A stretch of 64,000 bases of DNA, taken from assembly GCA_965231005.1 (NCBI GenBank), contig OZ246405.1:610709-674708 (forward strand). Reading direction: 5' to 3'. The stretch is from an uncultured Gammaproteobacteria bacterium (lineage in GTDB: Bacteria > Patescibacteriota > Patescibacteriia > Magasanikbacterales > UBA922). The notes under the pieces were generated by a model. That model was not told the origin of the DNA and made no database searches. It saw only the letters and a list, made by a program, of their open reading frames with translations. How positions within the stretch are numbered: the first letter of the stretch is position 1; every line of letters starts with the position of its first letter. This document shows, piece by piece, positions 58,241 through 64,000 of the stretch. The position numbers and the translations under genes are program-made.

Positions 58241-59364
58241 TTGCTGCTGACATTTTTCCTCCGCAAAGTGGTGGACCAGCAACATATTCTGTTGCGATGG
58301 CCAATGCCTTTGAAAAAGAAGGTGCGCCTGTTAAGATTGTTTCTTTGAATAAGGATTCAGACACGAGTTTAGTACAGTGTCCTATTTTTCCTGTGAAATA
58401 TGGCAATAAAATACTTCGCTATATTCACTTTGCATATTTATTAATTAGACATGCTAGTGATGTAGATGTTATATATGCAATGGGGCCAGTAAATGCTGGA
58501 TTTCCTGGATTATTTGCCGCAAAGCTAAGAGGAAAAAAATTTACTACAAAAGTTGTTGGCGATTATGCATGGGAACAGGGGAAACAGCGTTTTGGTGTGA
58601 AAGAAATGATTGATGAGTTTCAAAAGCGAAGTGATTATAGTTGGAAGGTAAAGATTCTAAAGAAAATTGAGTCATTTGTTGTGCGAAATGCAGACAAAGT
58701 AATAGTTCCAAGTAAATATTTAAAAGGAATTGTCCATGGGTGGGGAGCAGAAAAACAATCGATTGATGTTGTGTACAATGCAATTAAATTCAAGTCAGTT
58801 GAATCTGCGAAAAAAAATCATGAAGAAAAGTGGATTGTGTCTGTTGCTCGTCTTGTTCCTTGGAAGGGGATGGATACACTAATTGATGTTGCATCAAAAT
58901 TATCTAAAACAGACCCGTCTATTCGCCTCAAAATTGTCGGAGATGGACCTGAATTTAATCATTTAGAAAAAAAGGTAAAGGATCTAGGACTTGAACACAT
59001 GGTTGAGTTAACTGGGAAACTTCCAAGAGAGAAGACACTGTCATATATTGCTGGTGCAAGTGTTTTCGTTCTTAATAGTGGGTATGAAGGACTTCCACAT
59101 GTAGTACTTGAGGCAATGAGTTATTCTGTCCCAGTAATTGCAAGTGATGCAGGAGGAAATTCAGAAATCGCACAGCCATATAAAACAGGACTTCTTTTTG
59201 AGTATGACAATGCAAGCGATATTGAAGAAAAATTAAAAACAGTTCTTTATACTGATGCAGTTATTAATCCAATCTTACATTCTGCAGAAAAAGATGAGTG
59301 GTTGAATAATTTTACATTTGAAACAATGTTTTCAAGAACAAAAAAAGTACTAGAAGAGCTATGA
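58228..59364 (+). CDS. Glycosyltransferase family 4
   Basis: GYEGLPHVVLEAMSYSVPVIASDAGGNSEI. Confidence 0.75.
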   Translation: MRLLIAADIFPPQSGGPATYSVAMANAFEKEGAPVKIVSLNKDSDTSLVQCPIFPVKYGNKILRYIHFAYLLIRHASDVDVIYAMGPVNAGFPGLFAAKLRGKKFTTKVVGDYAWEQGKQRFGVKEMIDEFQKRSDYSWKVKILKKIESFVVRNADKVIVPSKYLKGIVHGWGAEKQSIDVVYNAIKFKSVESAKKNHEEKWIVSVARLVPWKGMDTLIDVASKLSKTDPSIRLKIVGDGPEFNHLEKKVKDLGLEHMVELTGKLPREKTLSYIAGASVFVLNSGYEGLPHVVLEAMSYSVPVIASDAGGNSEIAQPYKTGLLFEYDNASDIEEKLKTVLYTDAVINPILHSAEKDEWLNNFTFETMFSRTKKVLEEL

Positions 59365-60353
59365 AAAAGTTGATGATTAGTTTGGACAAAAAGATGTTAG
59401 ATAAGGAGTCACGCGTTGCAAAACGTATGATTGAGTATGGAAAAGAAGATGAATTATTCATTTTAATCCCTTCATCAGAAAAAAAATCCGTTGAATTGAG
59501 CAACACAGTTCATGTTCAGAGTACTGGAGGAAATAAATTGCAGCAGTATTTTCGTTTGAAAAAAGAAGCTTTGAAAGTAATAAAAAAGAACAAAATTATA
59601 TCTATCACTGTTCAAGATCCATTCTTTACTGCAAATATTGGAATTTGGCTTAAGAAAAAAACAGGATCAGTATTAGAAATTCAGGTCCATGGAGATTTTT
59701 TTGGTTCTCGGTTTTACAAGACAAAAAGTCTGAAACATATTGTTAAATTTTTTATTGGAAAAAGAAATGTACTTTCTGCAGATTCGGTTCGTGTTGTTGG
59801 GATGCGGATTGCTGAAAGCCTAAAGAAAATTGGAGTAGAGAAATCAAAAATTTATATAAAATCAATTGATTCTTTCTTAAGTGAGGGATCTATTATTGCA
59901 AACGATTCAATTAATTTAAAAAAAGAATATAATGCAGAAAGGATATTTGTCTGGGCTGGAAGAATGGAGCCAGTAAAGAATTTATCTTGGTTAATTGACA
60001 TTTTTTCTGAGGTAGCTAAAAAAGAACCAACATTCAAATTGCTCCTGATTGGAAATGGTTCAGAAAAATTAACTCTTGTGCGTAAGGTAAAGCAACTACA
60101 CATTGGAAAGCAAGTACACATTCTTTCATGGAAAGAAGATGTCATTTCATACTTAGCAGATGCTGATTGCATACTCTTTCCAAGTTTGAGTGAAGGATAT
60201 GGTTTAGTCCCGATGGAGGCTCATGAAGTAGGAACATGCATTATTATGAATGACGTTGGTGTTGCTAATTATGAGTTGCAACCATCAAAAAACGTACAGA
60301 TTATTCCTGTTTCAAATAGGCAAAAGTGGATTGATGCAATACTACATATATGA
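59361..60353 (+). CDS. Glycosyltransferase, GT4-like
   Basis: FPSLSEGYGLVPMEAHEVGTCIIMNDVGVA. Confidence 0.55.
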   Translation: MKKLMISLDKKMLDKESRVAKRMIEYGKEDELFILIPSSEKKSVELSNTVHVQSTGGNKLQQYFRLKKEALKVIKKNKIISITVQDPFFTANIGIWLKKKTGSVLEIQVHGDFFGSRFYKTKSLKHIVKFFIGKRNVLSADSVRVVGMRIAESLKKIGVEKSKIYIKSIDSFLSEGSIIANDSINLKKEYNAERIFVWAGRMEPVKNLSWLIDIFSEVAKKEPTFKLLLIGNGSEKLTLVRKVKQLHIGKQVHILSWKEDVISYLADADCILFPSLSEGYGLVPMEAHEVGTCIIMNDVGVANYELQPSKNVQIIPVSNRQKWIDAILHI

Positions 60354-61393
60354 AATTACTCATCCTTACACAAAAAGTAAATCAGGACGATGATGTCCTT
60401 GGTTTTTTTCATGGTTGGATAAAGGAATTTGCAACGCACTGTGATTCTATTCTCGTTGTTTGTTTGCAACAGGGAAGTTTTGATTTGCCAGAGAATGTAA
60501 AAGTAAAAAGTCTAGGAAAGGAAAAAAATGTATCTAAATTTGCATATATAAGAAATTTTTATAAATATATTTGGAAAGAAAAAAATGAGTACGACACTGT
60601 TTTTGTTCATATGAATCCGGAGTATGTTGTTTTAGGTGGATTGCTCTGGAGACTTATGAAAAAACGTGTATCGCTTTGGTATGTTCATAGACAAGTAAAT
60701 ATAAAGCTAAGAATTGCCAGCATGTTTGCTCATGACATTTTTACTGCGGCCAAGGAAAGTTTTAGACTAAAAAGTAAAAAACTTCATATTGTAGGACATG
60801 GGATTGATACAGAATTGTTTCGTTGTAGAGAAAAAAAGAAAAATCAAGATTTAACAAAAATTATATCTGTTGGGCGAATAACAAAGATAAAGAATCTAGA
60901 TACATTGATTCATGCTGCTGCAAAATTAAAAAATTTGACGAAGCAGAAATTTTCTATTGATATTATTGGCTCTCCTACAAGTGATGAAGATAAAGAGTAT
61001 TTTAGCTATCTTCAAAAAGAGATTCGAGATAAAAAAGTCAAAGATGTTATCCATTTTGTTGGCTCTGTTTCACATAAGGAAATTGTTGATATATATTGTC
61101 AGAGTGATTTTTCTGTAAATCTTACTCCAACTGGCGGCATTGACAAAGCAGTCCTTGAGTCCATGTCCTGCGGTGTTCCTGCTCTTGTTTCAAATAGAGC
61201 ATTTGAGAGCATATTAGGAGAATATGCTGGGAATTTATTATTTTCTTTTCAAGATTCTAGTGATCTTGCTAAAAAAATGGATCATCTTATAGGGAGCAGT
61301 GCTGATAGTCTATCTTCCCAGCTGAGAACAATAGTATCTCAGCAGTTTGATTATCGTGTGTTGATAAACGAAATTGTCCTAATTCTACGATAA
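60350..61393 (+). CDS. Glycosyltransferase, GT4-like
   Basis: GGIDKAVLESMSCGVPALVSNRAFESILGEY. Confidence 0.65.
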   Translation: MKLLILTQKVNQDDDVLGFFHGWIKEFATHCDSILVVCLQQGSFDLPENVKVKSLGKEKNVSKFAYIRNFYKYIWKEKNEYDTVFVHMNPEYVVLGGLLWRLMKKRVSLWYVHRQVNIKLRIASMFAHDIFTAAKESFRLKSKKLHIVGHGIDTELFRCREKKKNQDLTKIISVGRITKIKNLDTLIHAAAKLKNLTKQKFSIDIIGSPTSDEDKEYFSYLQKEIRDKKVKDVIHFVGSVSHKEIVDIYCQSDFSVNLTPTGGIDKAVLESMSCGVPALVSNRAFESILGEYAGNLLFSFQDSSDLAKKMDHLIGSSADSLSSQLRTIVSQQFDYRVLINEIVLILR

Positions 61394-61476
61394 AATTCTG
61401 GTTATCATTTTCTTGAAAAGTAAGCGAATTTGTGGTAATCTATGATCTAGTCTACATTTAAATTATTCTGAAATAT

Positions 61477-61707
61477 ATGAAGCAATATCTTGTAAAAGCA
61501 AAGAAAAAGTGGATGAAATTTGTTTATATTCTTGGAGAAGTAAATAGTAAAGTTATTTTTACTATTCTGTTTTACCTTATGTTCGGAATATATGCTATTA
61601 TTACGAAAATCATAAAATTCTTTTTTAGAAAAGCCTCTCCTGATTCTTTTTGGATAGAAAAAAAATATACTGATCCAGACATTGAATTTCTTAAAAGACA
61701 GTTTTAA
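61477..61707 (+). CDS. Small hypothetical membrane protein
   Basis: 76-aa ORF with one helix. Confidence 0.3.
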   Translation: MKQYLVKAKKKWMKFVYILGEVNSKVIFTILFYLMFGIYAIITKIIKFFFRKASPDSFWIEKKYTDPDIEFLKRQF

Positions 61708-61709
61708 AT

Positions 61710-63497
61710 ATGGAAAACAAAAAAAGAACAATTATTCTTGGCATCTCATGTTTTTATCATGATTCTGCAGCAGCCTTGTTAGTTGATGGAAAGATTGTGG
61801 TCTCTGCTCAAGAGGAGCGTTTTACAAGAAAGAAACATGATTCAGATTTTCCAGAAAACGCTGTAAAGTACTGCTTTGATGAATTTGGTATCACAATAAA
61901 AGATGTAGATCATGTAGTATTTTATGATAAGCCAATTTTAAAATTTGAACGCTTGCTCCAAACATATGTGAATGTTTGGCCGAAAGGTCTGAAATCATTT
62001 CTAATGGCAATGAAAAGTTTTTTCAAGGAGAAGCTATGGATAGAAAGTATTATTTCAAAAAATTTAGATTTTGATGGCGATGTATTATTTACCCAACATC
62101 ATTATTCACATGCTGCTAGTGCATATTATTGTTCAAATTTTGATGATGCTGTGGTTGTTACTATGGATGGAGTAGGGGAATGGGAGACGACTACTATTGG
62201 ATATGGAAAAGATAATAGTCTCAAGTTAACGCACGCAATTCATTTTCCACATTCTCTTGGACTTTTGTATTCTGCGTTGACGTATTATTTGGGTTTCAAG
62301 GTAAATAGTGCGGAATACAAGGTGATGGGATTATCTCCATATGGCAATCCAGATTTATTTTATGACAAGATTCTTGAATTGATAACCATTGAAGAGGACG
62401 GAAGTTTTACATTGAATATGGATTATTTTGCTTATGAGTATGATTTAAAAATGACAAGCAAAAAATTTGAAGAATTGTTTGGTGCACCGCCAAGACAGCC
62501 AGAATCAAAGATTAGTCAGCGAGAAATGGATATTGCAGCAGCCTTGCAAAGAGTTATAGAAGAAGTTGTTTCTAAAATTGTTCGACATGCACACAAACTT
62601 CATCCTTCAAAAAATCTTTGTCTTGCAGGAGGTGTTGCTCTAAATTGTGTTTCTAATGGTAAACTCCTAAAAGAAGGTCTTTTTGAAAATATATATATTC
62701 AACCAGCTTCAGGAGACTGTGGAGGTGCTGTTGGTGCAGCATGTTATGTGTATTTTGATGCGTTAAAGAATGAAAGGACTAAAGATGTGATGAAAAGCAT
62801 ATATCTTGGTCCAGAGTTTTCAAATGAATCAATAAAAAAGTTTTTAGATAGTTCTTCAGAACATCTCGGTGTAAAAGATTTAACATATCATTACTTTGGT
62901 GATAATGATATTTTTGGTCACATCGCAAGACTTATTGCTGATAACCATGTGATTGGACTTTTTCAAGGTAAAATGGAGTTTGGCCCTCGTGCCTTGGGTA
63001 ATAGATCTATTATTGCAGACGCAAGAAATAAAGAGAATTGGCAGCGAGTAAATTTAAAAATAAAGTTTAGAGAGAGTTTTAGACCCTTTGCTCCAAGTGT
63101 TCTTGAAGATAATGCGCAAGAGTATTTTGATCTTGAAGGAGCTGCCAGCCCTCATATGTTGCTTGTTGCACAAGTAAAAAAAGATACTGTACCTGCAGTT
63201 ACACATGTAGATAATTCTGCTCGTATACAAACTGTCACAGAAGAACAAAATTCTCGCTATTATAATATTATAAAAGAATTTTCAAATTTGACAGGTTGTC
63301 CTGTGATAATAAATACATCGTTTAATGTAAGAGGGGAGCCTATTGTTTGTTCACCGGAAGATGCATTCAATTGTTTCATTAATACAGATATGGATTATCT
63401 TATTCTACAAAATTATATTATTTCAAAGAAAGACAACCCAGCTCTTGCAGATATTAAAGATACAAATATGTACTTAACTAATTTTACACTTGATTAG
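61710..63497 (+). CDS. Carbamoyltransferase (NodU/CmcH family)
   Basis: ILGISCFYHDSAAALLVDGKIVVSAQEERFTRKKHD at the N-terminus. Full-length ~595 aa. Confidence 0.85.
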   Translation: MENKKRTIILGISCFYHDSAAALLVDGKIVVSAQEERFTRKKHDSDFPENAVKYCFDEFGITIKDVDHVVFYDKPILKFERLLQTYVNVWPKGLKSFLMAMKSFFKEKLWIESIISKNLDFDGDVLFTQHHYSHAASAYYCSNFDDAVVVTMDGVGEWETTTIGYGKDNSLKLTHAIHFPHSLGLLYSALTYYLGFKVNSAEYKVMGLSPYGNPDLFYDKILELITIEEDGSFTLNMDYFAYEYDLKMTSKKFEELFGAPPRQPESKISQREMDIAAALQRVIEEVVSKIVRHAHKLHPSKNLCLAGGVALNCVSNGKLLKEGLFENIYIQPASGDCGGAVGAACYVYFDALKNERTKDVMKSIYLGPEFSNESIKKFLDSSSEHLGVKDLTYHYFGDNDIFGHIARLIADNHVIGLFQGKMEFGPRALGNRSIIADARNKENWQRVNLKIKFRESFRPFAPSVLEDNAQEYFDLEGAASPHMLLVAQVKKDTVPAVTHVDNSARIQTVTEEQNSRYYNIIKEFSNLTGCPVIINTSFNVRGEPIVCSPEDAFNCFINTDMDYLILQNYIISKKDNPALADIKDTNMYLTNFTLD

Positions 63498-63524
63498 TTA
63501 GCTTTACTATTAATATTTATCTCT

Positions 63525-63689
63525 ATGGCAAAATCAAAATTTCGAGTTTTTGGACAAATGTGGCAATTTCTTAAAGTAAATAAAAAGTTTTGGCTTTTGC
63601 CAATGATGGTAGTATTAATTTTGTTTGGGATTTTATTGGCTGTGGCACAGGGCTCAGCATTTGCTCCATTTATTTATGCAATTTTTTAA
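63525..63689 (+). CDS. Small membrane protein of the kind usually found after carbamoyltransferase genes (DUF5989-like)
   Basis: 54-aa ORF MAKSKFRVFGQMWQFLKVNKKFWLLPMMVVLILFGILLAVAQG... Not in the ORF track because it is shorter than 60 aa. Confidence 0.45.
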   Translation: MAKSKFRVFGQMWQFLKVNKKFWLLPMMVVLILFGILLAVAQGSAFAPFIYAIF

Positions 63690-63734
63690 TTAGTTTTTTA
63701 GAGGATTGTGATTTTTTGTTGCTAGAATGGGCCT

Positions 63735-64000
63735 ATGGAAAAGATACAATGTTCAGTACCGATTTTAACATTGAATTCAGAAAAATTTTTAGCTCGATGT
63801 TTAGAAAGTGTCAGAAATTTTGATGATGTTTTTTTGTTTGATGGAAATAGCACAGATAGAACATTAGAGATTGCAAAAGAGTACGGTATTCCTGTTTTTA
63901 GTCAGACAGATACAGAAGAAAAAAATGTTGAGATTAAAAATTTTACAGAAGTTCGCATAAAATCTATTGAACGATGCAAACATGATTGGATTTTTTTTCT
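63735..64000 (+). CDS. Glycosyltransferase family 2-like, N-terminal fragment (runs off the window)
   Basis: Frame MEKIQCSVPILTLNSEKFLARCLESVRNFDDVFLFDGNSTDRTLEIAKEYGIPVF is open to the window end. Typical GT2 N-terminus. Confidence 0.5.
   Translation, partial: MEKIQCSVPILTLNSEKFLARCLESVRNFDDVFLFDGNSTDRTLEIAKEYGIPVFSQTDTEEKNVEIKNFTEVRIKSIERCKHDWIFF

Overview
The window is AT-rich and looks like a small-genome bacterium, possibly CPR/Patescibacteria-like, though that is only an inference. The native backbone carries the pyk 3' end, a ppsA-like gene, an rplT-rpmI-infC cluster, tmRNA next to smpB, tRNA-Asp, an ECF sigma/anti-sigma pair and a giant surface protein. A large cell-envelope glycan locus (~28.8-34.6 kb and 46.6-64 kb) has many GT4 glycosyltransferases, three O-antigen-ligase-like polymerases (two fused to TPR domains), UDP-xylose synthase, a carbamoyltransferase and a GT2. 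Native genes mostly lack Shine-Dalgarno sequences and at least one looks leaderless. Two strongly GC-rich insertions interrupt this backbone: a single gene at 4596-5423 and a five-gene island at about 17.8-28.6 kb. Every island gene has a canonical GGAGG Shine-Dalgarno but sits behind an AT-rich, near-consensus sigma70 promoter that is duplicated verbatim. The island encodes a zinc-ribbon-repeat tail-anchored protein, two bitopic proteins sharing a novel C-terminal four-Cys module, a secreted Cys protein and a 1173-aa lipoprotein with about 60 Cys-rich repeats. It also contains a duplicated ~130-nt structured 5' leader. Other notable elements are ~200-bp palindromic intergenic elements, palindromic operators upstream of the ECF sigma gene, and a GT4 gene with no canonical start codon.
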